Position numbers and translations under genes: made by a program. 64,000 nt of DNA, taken from Akkermansiaceae bacterium (GTDB lineage Bacteria > Verrucomicrobiota > Verrucomicrobiia > Verrucomicrobiales > Akkermansiaceae). Of this stretch, positions 18,152 to 27,291 are shown one piece after another (within the stretch, counting starts at the first letter, position 1; each line of letters opens with the position of its first letter). Under the pieces are notes generated by a model. That model did no database searches and was not told the origin of the DNA. It worked only from the letters and a program-made list of their open reading frames with translations. The stretch is taken from assembly GCA_903826205.1 (NCBI GenBank), contig CAIKDP010000025.1:630-64629 (forward strand), in the 5' to 3' direction.

Positions 18152-20197
18152 CTACGGTGCGTCGCGACGACCTGCAGACAGGGCGGCCTTGATGAGTTTC
18201 GTTAGATCGGCGAGCCGCCCGGTGGCGGATGCTGCGGGCGGAGCCGGATCAAAACGGAGCCGCTGATGGAGGCGAATGGCCTCGTCGAGTGCCCCGGGGT
18301 CCGGGAGGTGGGGGCGCAGGCCGCTGAGCCAGGCGCAGAAGGGTTGGCCAGGCAGGCGGGGGGGCAGGAGTTTGGACGCCGGATGTTCCAGTTGGTGGAG
18401 CGGGGTGCCGCAACCCGCGGCGGTGGCCAGGCGCCGGGCGCTCACGGCAGGCGCCGGGCTGCGCTTGGAGCGCCACAAGCGGCGCGACAGGAACACCAAC
18501 CCGGCCCCACCGGCGGCTAACAAAAGGGTGGAGAGGATCACGCGATGGCGCGGGTGGTTGCGCCAGAGGGTGAAATCCTCGCGGATGCGCTGGACCCCAT
18601 CGATCAACCACTGCAGGGGCTGCCCCGCACGGGTTTCCACACCCAGCCAAGCGGCCGGTGTGGGATCGAAGTCGATCCACAGATTGGCGTCCCTGTCCCA
18701 AACGCGGGTCCAGGCGTGGCCGTGGTGGCCGCGCACGACCCATTCGTCGCGCTTGGCATCATGCTCCAGCACCGCGTAACCGACGGCATAGCGGGTGGGG
18801 ATGCCCGCCTCGCGCAGCAACAGGCAGGCGGCGGTCGCGAAATATTCGCAGTGGCCGCGCCGCGATGTTGTTAGAAAAATGGAGATTGCGCTGGGTTGGT
18901 TGGTTTTCCCGATGCCGGGTGGTTGGATGGTGTTGTAGCGGGTGTATTGGAAGCCCGCGAAAAACCGCCGGACAACCTCGAGCCTGGCGGCAAGGGTGGG
19001 TTGGTCCGCGAGCCGCAGTTCGGTTAGAACATGGCGCAAGGCGGCACGCTCGCTGTCGTCCACATCCAGATCGAGTTCCGGCCGCGGCGGCGTTTCCGGG
19101 GTGGCGTCGTCGTTCCAGATCACCGTGCCGTTGATCACGGGTTGGCGCGGGAATATTCTAACGGTTCCCAGCGAGTTGCACTCCAGCGCGTCGGCGTCGA
19201 AGTCGCGGAGGCTTGCGGCATTGCCCGGCAAGGGCAGCGGGGAGTTGGCGGAGGTGGCGCCCCGCAGCGTAAAGCGTGGCAGGGCGGCACGGATCGCCTG
19301 TTGGCCGGCATCGGGGCGCAGCGGATAGAAGTCAGTGGCGTCGGGCGCCTTGAGCGGGAGGATGGGTTTGAAATCGTTTTCGGCGACCGGCAGATCCGCG
19401 GGGATGACGTTGCTCCAAAGGCTGGCGCGATAGCGGTTGTAGCAGGTGCTGCGCAAATGGGTGGGTGGCGGGTTGTGAGGTGCCGGGCGCACGCGCCAAA
19501 CGATGCGGGCGGATTGTTTGATCTCGCCGAAGCGGCCGATGGCCGTGCGATAGTGGTTGGGACTGAGGAAATCCTGGTTTCCTTCCAGAACGCCAAAGTT
19601 GAGCCAATTGTAGGCCTTGGCCAGGGTGATTTGCCCGAGCGCGGCGATGCCGCCGGCCACCAGCAACAAGAGGACGGTGTGGGTGCGTCGGCAGCGTCCG
19701 GCGCCGAGCAGCGTCCAGAGGGTGAGCATGACCAGGCCGGGCAGAAACAGGCGAGAGTCCTCGCGTTCGCCGAGCGGGGTGGCCGCCACCAGCACCGTGA
19801 GCAGATAGGCATAACCGAAATTGAAGTGAATGGTGGCGTGGTCCAGACCGTGGCGATGATTGAGTTCGCGTTGTTTTTTGGTGAAGAAAGAAAAGGTGCG
19901 CACCGACATCAGCGGGCGGAGGCCGAACGCCTGGACAAACTGCATGGGCAACAGCAGCAGTGGCAGCCAACCGAGCAGCAGCGGCACCGTCATGAAGGAA
20001 TTGCCGTCGATCCAGATGAACACGATGGCCAGTACGCTGGAAATTACGCACAGGTGCCAGGCGCGGATCCACGCGGCCTCATTGAAGTCCCAGCGCAAGC
20101 GGGTCCACTGGGCGGCTTCCACAATCATGGCCAGCACCAGGCCCAGCCAGCCATGACCGGTCATCCCCCCCCAAAACAGGAGCGCGGAACCTAGCAA
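18152..20197 (-). CDS. transglutaminase-like cysteine protease family membrane protein (TgpA-like)
   Basis: N-terminal multi-TM region followed by the transglutaminase core GHCEYFATAACLLLREAGIPTRYAVGY ... HAWTRVWD ... DPTP. The start is uncertain: TTG at 20197 or ATG at 20164. The track start at 20539 would overlap the DUF58 gene by about 280 nt. Confidence 0.8.
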   Translation of the reverse strand: MLGSALLFWGGMTGHGWLGLVLAMIVEAAQWTRLRWDFNEAAWIRAWHLCVISSVLAIVFIWIDGNSFMTVPLLLGWLPLLLLPMQFVQAFGLRPLMSVRTFSFFTKKQRELNHRHGLDHATIHFNFGYAYLLTVLVAATPLGEREDSRLFLPGLVMLTLWTLLGAGRCRRTHTVLLLLVAGGIAALGQITLAKAYNWLNFGVLEGNQDFLSPNHYRTAIGRFGEIKQSARIVWRVRPAPHNPPPTHLRSTCYNRYRASLWSNVIPADLPVAENDFKPILPLKAPDATDFYPLRPDAGQQAIRAALPRFTLRGATSANSPLPLPGNAASLRDFDADALECNSLGTVRIFPRQPVINGTVIWNDDATPETPPRPELDLDVDDSERAALRHVLTELRLADQPTLAARLEVVRRFFAGFQYTRYNTIQPPGIGKTNQPSAISIFLTTSRRGHCEYFATAACLLLREAGIPTRYAVGYAVLEHDAKRDEWVVRGHHGHAWTRVWDRDANLWIDFDPTPAAWLGVETRAGQPLQWLIDGVQRIREDFTLWRNHPRHRVILSTLLLAAGGAGLVFLSRRLWRSKRSPAPAVSARRLATAAGCGTPLHQLEHPASKLLPPRLPGQPFCAWLSGLRPHLPDPGALDEAIRLHQRLRFDPAPPAASATGRLADLTKLIKAALSAGRRDAP

Positions 20198-20258
20198 AAA
20201 TCGGGGGGGTGGATGGTGCGGGAAAATGGCGGCGCGTGGGTGGGATGTTGCAATGATG

Positions 20259-21665
20259 TTAGACCGGCAGGGACAAGCGGCGTGGCAGGCGCCGGAGGTC
20301 GCGGGCGAGGTATCCGCACTCGAGCCAGTGACCGGGAATGGCGGCAGGGGGCGGGCCGTGGCCGATGATAATGGCGGCGCAGGTGATGCCGCCGCGCGCC
20401 AGTTGGCGTAAAAAGGCGGCACGGGTTTCATCCCAGCCGGCAAAGATGACCAGGCAGGAGGTGAGTTCGTCGCCATGACGCAGGACCAGCCGGGCCAAGG
20501 TCTCGAATCCGGGCACGGGTTCCGGTTCGACGGCGGCAAGCACCTCGAGAAGTTTTTCCGCCTTGGCCAGTCCGCGTCCGGCGGTCACGACGTGGGCCTG
20601 GTCCTTGATGAACATCAGATCTAACAATGACTCCCCGGTGGTGATGGCCGCGGCAAATGAGGCCGCCACCGAGATCCCATCTTCAAACAGCGGCCCCGGG
20701 CCGGCTTCAGGAAAGGTATCCAACACCAGGCCATAGCGGGGGTAATAGGTGTCTTCCAACTCCTTGACGATCGGGCGGCCGGTGCGCGCCCAACTTTTCC
20801 AATGGATCTGGCGCAACGGGTCGCCCGGGCGGTAGTCGCGCAAACCGACGAATTCGCCGGAGTTGCCAATGGAATTGCCGGTCACATCGCCGCCGATTTC
20901 GAAGCGTGCGTTGCCTGGCAATTCGATGGGCGGCAAGGGATAGCGCCGTGGCAACACGGTGAGGGTGGCGGCCGGAGCCGGCACTTTACGGCAACGTTGG
21001 AGCAGGCAGAAGGGATCGGGCAGCAGAACGCGCAGGTCATTGAGGCGGATCACCCCGCGGCGCCGGGGCGTGAGTTCCACACCGACCTTGGCTTGGCCGC
21101 CGGCCACGAGGTCGAGTGGCAGCGCCGCGGCGCCGCCGGCGAACAAGCGTTTGCGGGACATCAGCCACTGCCAGCGATAATAGATGAAGGTCCGGTCGAA
21201 CGCATTGCGCTCATCCTCGCCCGGCTCACGCTGGCTGCTGAATTCCATCAGGCTGGGGCGCGCGTCGGGCGTGGTTTCCAACAGCCAGGCGTGGCGCAGG
21301 CGGTGGCGCCCGGTATGGGTCACATGCAGGGTGTAGCGGAGGGGGGTGCCGACGGTGCCATGGCGCGGGAGTTCACGGCTGACGGTGAGGGACGCCCGCC
21401 GCAGCCACGCCAACGGCAGGGCTAACAAACCCATGCCGAAGGCCAGCGAAAACAGGGCATAGACCGAGTGCCGGGGCTGGCCCACACCCAACACTCCGCC
21501 TAACATAAGGACCACCGCCAGGCCGATTCCCGCCGGACACACCCGGCGCATGAAATAATGTCCGATGCCCGAGCCATGGAAATACGCGCGGTGCAACAGG
21601 CGGAGGAACGCGGCGCTGTGCGGCACGCGCACGGGACGGGCGGGTGATGACCGGGCGTGGCTCAT
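20259..21665 (-). CDS. DUF58 domain-containing protein
   Basis: ATG at 21665. Two N-terminal TM segments and the DUF58 signature FVGLRDYRPGDPLRQIHWKSWARTGRPIVKELED. Lies 12 nt downstream of the MoxR gene. Confidence 0.85.
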   Translation of the reverse strand: MSHARSSPARPVRVPHSAAFLRLLHRAYFHGSGIGHYFMRRVCPAGIGLAVVLMLGGVLGVGQPRHSVYALFSLAFGMGLLALPLAWLRRASLTVSRELPRHGTVGTPLRYTLHVTHTGRHRLRHAWLLETTPDARPSLMEFSSQREPGEDERNAFDRTFIYYRWQWLMSRKRLFAGGAAALPLDLVAGGQAKVGVELTPRRRGVIRLNDLRVLLPDPFCLLQRCRKVPAPAATLTVLPRRYPLPPIELPGNARFEIGGDVTGNSIGNSGEFVGLRDYRPGDPLRQIHWKSWARTGRPIVKELEDTYYPRYGLVLDTFPEAGPGPLFEDGISVAASFAAAITTGESLLDLMFIKDQAHVVTAGRGLAKAEKLLEVLAAVEPEPVPGFETLARLVLRHGDELTSCLVIFAGWDETRAAFLRQLARGGITCAAIIIGHGPPPAAIPGHWLECGYLARDLRRLPRRLSLPV

Positions 21666-21677
21666 GGCAGGATGCGC

Positions 21678-22616
21678 TTACACCGGCACCGGGGTTTGGG
21701 CGATGAGATCCATGACGATCTGGCGGGCGCTCAAACCGCCAAACCGCGCCTCCGGCTCTAACACCAAACGATGGGCGATCACGTCCACCGCCATTTTCTG
21801 GATGATTTCCGGTGATACAAAGTCGCCGCCCTCAAACAAGGCCATCGCCTGGGAAACTTTCATCAAGGCCAGCGACGCGCGCGGACTGGCCGAAAGTTGG
21901 ATTTCCGGACGGCCGCGGGTGGCTCCCACCAAGGCCACCACGTAGTCCCGCAACTCGGGGCTGAAGCGCACGTGTTTGGCGGCGGCCATCAGCGCCAGCA
22001 CCTCCTCGCGCGTCACCACCGCTTCCAAGGTGTCGAGCGGATGGACGTCCGCCTGCGCGGCCAGAATCGCCGACTCCTCGGCGGCGCTCACGTAGCCGAG
22101 CGAACATTGCATGGCGAAGCGGTCCATCTGGGCTTCCGGCAGCGGGTAGGTGCCGCGGAACTCGACCGGGTTCTGGGTGGCGATGACAAAGAACAAGCCG
22201 TCCAGCGCGTGGCGCTGGCCGTCGATGGTGGCTTGGCGCTCGCCCATGGCTTCCAGCAAGGCGCTTTGGGTGCGCGGCGAGGCGCGGTTGATCTCATCAG
22301 CTAACAGAATATCGGTGAAAACCGGCCCCGCGTGAAAGCGGAACTCCTGGGTCCGCGGATCAAACACCGAAATGCCCAGAATATCCGACGGCAGCAAATC
22401 CGGCGTGAACTGCACCCGCTTGAAAACCGTGCCGGCTATCGCCTTGGCGATGGCTTTGGCCAGCGTGGTCTTGCCGGTTCCCGGAAAGTCCTCTAACAAA
22501 ACATGTCCGCCGGAAACCATGCACGCCAGCACCCGGCGCACGACATCGGTATGACCACGCACCACGGAGCAGACAGCGGATTCCATGCGGGCGGCGGCAG
22601 TGGTCGGGTCGGTCAT
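21678..22616 (-). CDS. MoxR-like AAA+ ATPase
   Basis: GHVLLEDFPGTGKTTLAKAIAKAI Walker A, LLADEINRASPRTQSALLEAM Walker B/sensor region, 312 aa, typical MoxR (AAA_3) length. Confidence 0.9.
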   Translation of the reverse strand: MTDPTTAAARMESAVCSVVRGHTDVVRRVLACMVSGGHVLLEDFPGTGKTTLAKAIAKAIAGTVFKRVQFTPDLLPSDILGISVFDPRTQEFRFHAGPVFTDILLADEINRASPRTQSALLEAMGERQATIDGQRHALDGLFFVIATQNPVEFRGTYPLPEAQMDRFAMQCSLGYVSAAEESAILAAQADVHPLDTLEAVVTREEVLALMAAAKHVRFSPELRDYVVALVGATRGRPEIQLSASPRASLALMKVSQAMALFEGGDFVSPEIIQKMAVDVIAHRLVLEPEARFGGLSARQIVMDLIAQTPVPV

Positions 22617-22657
22617 GCAGGTCTCGATTAGAGCACTTCCGGGCCGCCGCGTCGAGG

Positions 22658-22921
22658 CTATTCTCCCGGCCCTTCAGCATCCTCCGGCATGGGCAGGGCG
22701 TCGAGGGCGGCGCGATAGGCCGCCTGGTCAAAGCCGCGCTTGTGGCGCAGGACCTGGTCCATTTCCCCGCCCAGGCAGAGGGCAATCTGCAAGGTGGCCT
22801 CGGCCTCCTCCAAACCGCCGGCAACGAGCCGGGTGAGGGTGGCGGAGACATACGGGGTTTGCGGCGAGACGAGTTGTTGCGCGACGGCGGCAAGCAGGTC
22901 GGGGAGCAGGTCGTCGGTCAT
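22658..22921 (-). CDS. hypothetical small acidic protein
   Basis: 87-aa ORF co-directional with the MoxR operon and just upstream of it, with protein-like composition. No family recognised. Confidence 0.5.
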   Translation of the reverse strand: MTDDLLPDLLAAVAQQLVSPQTPYVSATLTRLVAGGLEEAEATLQIALCLGGEMDQVLRHKRGFDQAAYRAALDALPMPEDAEGPGE

Positions 22922-22949
22922 GGGAAAGTCATGGGTTGATAGTTAGAAG

Positions 22950-23879
22950 TTAGATAAAGAACGGCGCGGCGGCGGGCAGTTGCAGCCAGGGAGTGAATTC
23001 GGGCGGGATGGGGGCTGCCAGGTGGAGGCGCTGACCGCTGCGCGGGTGGTCGAAGGAGAGGCGCCAGGCGTGAAGCATGAGGCGGCCGGTTAGAGCGGAG
23101 GTGGGGCTGGGTTTGCCATAGATCGGGTCACCGACGAGGGGAGCGCCGCGGTGGTGGAGGTGGACGCGGATTTGGTGGGTGCGACCGGTGTGAAGGTGGC
23201 AGAGCACCAGGGCGGTGAGGGTCGCCGGATCGACGGCGAGCACCTCGTAATCGGTGATGGCCGCCTTGCCGCCGGGTGGATTGACCACCGCCATTTTCTG
23301 GCGGTTGACCGGGTGGCGTCCGATGTGGGTGAACACCGTGTCTTTCTCCGGGCGCGGAATCCCCTGGCTCACTGCCAGATAGATTTTTTCCAGCGAGCGT
23401 CCGGCGAATTGGCCGACCAGCGATTGGTGGGCCGGGTCGGACTTGGCCACCACCAGGCATCCGGACGTATCCTTGTCCAGGCGATGCACGATGCCGGGGC
23501 GCTCGACGCCGCCGATGCCGGAAAGTTTCCCCTCGCAGTGGTGGAGCAAGGCGTTGACGAGGGTGCCGTCCGGGTTGCCGGGGGCCGGGTGCACGACCAT
23601 GCCCGGGGCTTTGTTGAGGACGAGCAGGTCGTCGTCTTCGTAGAGGATGTCGAGCGGGATGTCTTGCGCGGCGGCATCGAGTGGGACCGCTTCGGGCAGG
23701 GCGAGGGTGATGAGGTCGCCGAGTTTGACGGGGTCGCGGGGTTTGGCGGGCTGGCCGTTGAGTTGGATGTATTGCTCGCGGATGAGCGTTTGGATGCGGG
23801 TGCGCGACAACTCGGGGAGGCGCTCGGCCAGAAAGGCATCCAAACGTCCGCCGGGCATCTCATTGACTTGCAACTCCAC
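22950..23879 (-). CDS. rluD: RluA-family 23S rRNA pseudouridine synthase (RluD-like)
   Basis: S4-like N-terminus (GRLDAFLAERLPELSRTRIQTLI) and catalytic motif HRLDKDTSGCLVVAK. Start is GTG at 23879 or ATG at 23858. Confidence 0.9.
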   Translation of the reverse strand: MELQVNEMPGGRLDAFLAERLPELSRTRIQTLIREQYIQLNGQPAKPRDPVKLGDLITLALPEAVPLDAAAQDIPLDILYEDDDLLVLNKAPGMVVHPAPGNPDGTLVNALLHHCEGKLSGIGGVERPGIVHRLDKDTSGCLVVAKSDPAHQSLVGQFAGRSLEKIYLAVSQGIPRPEKDTVFTHIGRHPVNRQKMAVVNPPGGKAAITDYEVLAVDPATLTALVLCHLHTGRTHQIRVHLHHRGAPLVGDPIYGKPSPTSALTGRLMLHAWRLSFDHPRSGQRLHLAAPIPPEFTPWLQLPAAAPFFI

Positions 23880-24025
23880 ACGCAGAGAGTCTCAGGAAAT
23901 AGGCCCGCGACAAGAGGCAAGTTTGCCGGAGTGTGCGCGGACTGTTCTATCGGATAGTTCTGCGGCCCGCCCGCAGGTCGAGTGAACCAGAGTGCTGCGA
24001 CGCCTCCCCAAAAATGCAGATTGGG

Positions 24026-24436
24026 TTAAGCGAACGGATTGAGTACCGGAACACCACACGGGATGAAGTCGGCCACGTTGCGGGTGGCAACGGTAAGCCC
24101 GTGGGTGAGCGCGGTGGCGGCGATCAAGCTATCGGTGATGGCCAGCGGGGATCTGGCGGTTAGACAACCCCAGCAATCGGCCACATCATCGGTGAAGGGC
24201 AACACGTTTCTGCCGAAATCCCGCCTGAGGGTGTCAAGCCAGCGCTCGAGAATAGCAGCTTGGAGCGGATCCTTGGGTTTGAGGCGCTCGATGCCCTTGC
24301 GGATCTCACCGAGAGAAATGACGCTCACAAAATGCCGTTGCCTGCGGGTGCTTGCAGCCCATTGACGGACTTTGGCATCGGCCTTCACGCCTTTGCGCAG
24401 TTCGGACAAAATATTGGTGTCGAGAAGAAAGGCCAT
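24026..24436 (-). CDS. vapC: type II toxin, PIN-domain ribonuclease VapC (FitB-like)
   Basis: MAFLLDTNILSELRKG... PIN N-terminus with the conserved Asp. The ATG overlaps the antitoxin stop in a TAATG junction at 24434-24438. Confidence 0.85.
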   Translation of the reverse strand: MAFLLDTNILSELRKGVKADAKVRQWAASTRRQRHFVSVISLGEIRKGIERLKPKDPLQAAILERWLDTLRRDFGRNVLPFTDDVADCWGCLTARSPLAITDSLIAATALTHGLTVATRNVADFIPCGVPVLNPFA

Positions 24437-24684
24437 TACCAAGAGATATCGCGGGCCGCCTCGGTGCTCCGAGGACGGTCAATTTCCAATTCCACGGCGG
24501 CGGCAACTCCATCGTCGGTGAGCAGGAATTCGATCAGTGTCTGGCGGCAGGCATCCGGCCGCAAGAGCGCCTCACGCAGAATCCGGCGATGCTCCTCCTC
24601 GGCTGATACCCCATGCAAAGCGGCTCTGCGGCGCAGGTTATTGACGACAAATTCATCCACGTTTCTGACGAGAAGCTGGGGCAC
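24436..24684 (-). CDS. vapB: type II antitoxin (FitA/VapB-like, ribbon-helix-helix type)
   Basis: 82 aa starting MPQLLVRNVDEFVVNNLRRRAALHGVSAEEEHRRILREAL, the typical FitA/plasmid-stability antitoxin N-terminus. GTG start at 24684. Translationally coupled to vapC. Confidence 0.8.
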   Translation of the reverse strand: MPQLLVRNVDEFVVNNLRRRAALHGVSAEEEHRRILREALLRPDACRQTLIEFLLTDDGVAAAVELEIDRPRSTEAARDISW

Positions 24685-24808
24685 GCGTCAATCTGCTAGC
24701 GGTGATAGCAGCTGTCAATAGAATTGTTCAATCGCTGGCATCGCGCCGGGACACTGACCCCTGATGGAAACGACACTTGGGCAAGCGCGCTGGCGGATCG
24801 GGGCCGGC

Positions 24809-27184
24809 TCAGGCCGGAGCGCCGATCACGCCGGGGATGGGGCCGTGGCCTTCGGGCTGGTTCTCTTCCGCGGGTTTTTTGACAGGTTTTTTGCGCAGTT
24901 CCTCAGGGACGGGCGGCGGTTTGGGGACATTGGGCGGGTTGCGCATGACGCCGCAGTCGATGAGGTCGCGCAGGTGGGAGGCATCGAGGGTTTCGTATTC
25001 GAGGAGGGCGAGGGCAATGACCTCGACGGTGGCGCGGGCGGCCGTTAGAATCTCGGTGGCCTGGCGGAAGGCGTCGTCGATGAAGAACTTGATTTCCTCG
25101 TCGATGAGTTTGGCGGTGTGGCCGCTATAGTTCGGGTGGCGGCCGGTGTCGCCGCGGCCGATGAAGATCGGGGCATCGCCTTCGCCGTATTCGACCATGC
25201 CGAGTTTATCGCTCATGCCCCATTCGCAAACCATGTTGCGGGCGAGGGCGGTGGCTTGGCGGATGTCGCCGGCGGCACCGTTAGAGACATCCTCGCTGTG
25301 GAAGCCTTCGGCGATGCGGCCGCCCATGGTGACGATGAGGCTGGCGAGGGCTTCCTTTTTCTGGGTCGAGTATTTGTCGCCATCGGGCAGATACATGGTG
25401 GCACCGAGGTAGGGGCCGCGGGGGATGATGGTGACCTTGTGCAGCGGATGGGTGTGGGGCAAAACCATGTTGAGGTAGGCATGACCGGCCTCATGCCAGG
25501 CGGTGCCGATGCGTTCCTTTTCCGACATGGCGAGCGAGCGGCGCTCGCGGCCCCAACGGACCTTGTCGCGGGCTTCCTCCATTTCCTCGAGGGTGACGGC
25601 GCTCAGCCCGCGGCGGGCGGCCAGCAAGGCGCTTTCATTGACCAGGTTGGCCAGTTCCGCGCCGGAAAACCCGGGCGTGCCACGCGCGATTTTCGAGAGA
25701 TCGACGCCGGCGGCGAGTTTGATTTTCTTGACGTGGACGCGGAGGATTTCCTCGCGGCCATTGACGTCGGGCAGCGAGATGGTGACCTGGCGGTCGAAGC
25801 GGCCGGGGCGGAGCAAGGCGGGGTCGAGGACGTCGGGGCGGTTGGTAGCGGCGATGATGATGACCCCTTCCTGGGTATCGAAGCCGTCCATTTCGACGAG
25901 GAGTTGGTTGAGGGTTTGTTCGCGTTCGTCGTGACCGCCGCCCATGCCATGACCGCGGTGGCGGCCGACGGCGTCGATTTCATCGATGAAGATGAGGCAG
26001 GGCGCGTGTTTCTTGCCTTGTTCGAACATATCGCGGACGCGGGAGGCACCGACCCCGACGAACATTTCGACGAAGTCCGAGCCGGAAATCGAGAAAAACG
26101 GGACATCGGCTTCACCGGCGATGGCGCGGGCGAGAAGGGTTTTGCCAGTACCGGGGGCGCCGACCATGAGGACGCCCTTGGGGATGGAGCCACCGAGTTT
26201 TTGGAATTTGCGCGGGTCGCGCAGGAAATCGACGATTTCGCAAAGTTCCTCCTTGGCTTCCTGGATGCCGGCGACGTCCTTGAAGGTGACTTTGACGCGG
26301 TCTTGGGAGAGCAGGCGGGCCTTGCTCTTGCCAAACGACATGGCCCCGCGGCCAACATTTTTCATTTGCTGGCGGAACAGGAAGAAAAGCAGCAGCAGGA
26401 TCAACAGGACCGGCAGAAAAGTCATGATGGCACCGCCGAGGTAGTCCTTGTGGCGCTCATATTTGGCCTTGTCCTTGACGAGTTGTTTGAGGTCGTCGCT
26501 GAGGATCGGCACGGAGACGCTGACGCTGAACGCTTCGGGAAGCAGATCTTTGCCGTCTTTGGGGTTTTTCTTGGTGACGAGGTTGGTGATGACCTTGCGC
26601 GTGCCAATGATGAGGGCTTGGGAGGTGCCGGGAGTGGTGCGGATACGCAGCGGGTTGGCGGCGTCGGTGGCTTGGATTTGGCCGAGGGCGAGGGCTTTGC
26701 GGAACTCGGCGAGCGAGAGGGTTTCGCCGTAGGTTTCGGCGCTGGTGGCGGGCGGGGCGGGCTCCTGACTGGCTTCGATATGGATCTTGTCGCCGAGCAT
26801 GGCGGTGATTTCATCCTTTTGCAGGTCGAGGTTGACGAGCACGCGGAAGGTCGAGGTTTTCTCCTCGGAGGTTTCGGATTTTTGGAGTTCCGGGGCCAGC
26901 CAGCCGTTGATTTCGGCATCGTAGGAGGTGTCGGTGGTGATGACTTTGAGGGGATGTTTCAAGTCGTCGACGAGGACGCGGCCTTGATCCCAGCAGGCAC
27001 GAAACTCCGAGTAGCTGAGCGGCTTGGCCGGATTGTTGCTCAGCGGATTATTGAACAGGGCGAGCCCGAGGATGAGGGTCGCCACGGACAGCAGAATCAG
27101 CAAACGCCAATTGAAGCCGCCGGCGTCGCCGTTGCTGCGGTTGGGGGTGTTGGAACTGGGGGGGGGATTCGGTTGTTCGGACAT
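24809..27184 (-). CDS. ftsH: ATP-dependent zinc metalloprotease FtsH
   Basis: [18 protein letters not shown] Walker [12 protein letters not shown]-type Walker B, HEAGHA zinc site and two TM segments. ATG at 27184 (MSEQPNPPP...) is preferred over the track start at 27283. Confidence 0.95.
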   Translation of the reverse strand: MSEQPNPPPSSNTPNRSNGDAGGFNWRLLILLSVATLILGLALFNNPLSNNPAKPLSYSEFRACWDQGRVLVDDLKHPLKVITTDTSYDAEINGWLAPELQKSETSEEKTSTFRVLVNLDLQKDEITAMLGDKIHIEASQEPAPPATSAETYGETLSLAEFRKALALGQIQATDAANPLRIRTTPGTSQALIIGTRKVITNLVTKKNPKDGKDLLPEAFSVSVSVPILSDDLKQLVKDKAKYERHKDYLGGAIMTFLPVLLILLLLFFLFRQQMKNVGRGAMSFGKSKARLLSQDRVKVTFKDVAGIQEAKEELCEIVDFLRDPRKFQKLGGSIPKGVLMVGAPGTGKTLLARAIAGEADVPFFSISGSDFVEMFVGVGASRVRDMFEQGKKHAPCLIFIDEIDAVGRHRGHGMGGGHDEREQTLNQLLVEMDGFDTQEGVIIIAATNRPDVLDPALLRPGRFDRQVTISLPDVNGREEILRVHVKKIKLAAGVDLSKIARGTPGFSGAELANLVNESALLAARRGLSAVTLEEMEEARDKVRWGRERRSLAMSEKERIGTAWHEAGHAYLNMVLPHTHPLHKVTIIPRGPYLGATMYLPDGDKYSTQKKEALASLIVTMGGRIAEGFHSEDVSNGAAGDIRQATALARNMVCEWGMSDKLGMVEYGEGDAPIFIGRGDTGRHPNYSGHTAKLIDEEIKFFIDDAFRQATEILTAARATVEVIALALLEYETLDASHLRDLIDCGVMRNPPNVPKPPPVPEELRKKPVKKPAEENQPEGHGPIPGVIGAPA

Positions 27185-27291
27185 GGCGGATGGGCAAAGC
27201 AGCCCGGCAAGGGGTGGCGTATGGTAAACGCGGTGGGCAAAAAGGAAACCCCTTTTTTGCAGAGTTCTTGCGGGGGGACGCAAGCTCTGGC

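Noticed and set aside
20198-20539. N-terminal extension of the transglutaminase ORF overlapping the DUF58 gene by 280 nt
   Set aside because: The extension translates to Pro/Ser/Ala-rich low-complexity sequence and is most likely an open frame produced by GC-rich composition. Downstream TTG/ATG starts give a sensible hydrophobic N-terminus.
27148-27156. Homopolymer runs (G9 in the ftsH 5' coding region; C8/G7 at 20165-20212) as phase-variation switches
   Set aside because: Runs of this length are roughly expected from base composition at about 65% G+C, and ftsH is essential. I kept only a brief note under the MoxR operon finding.
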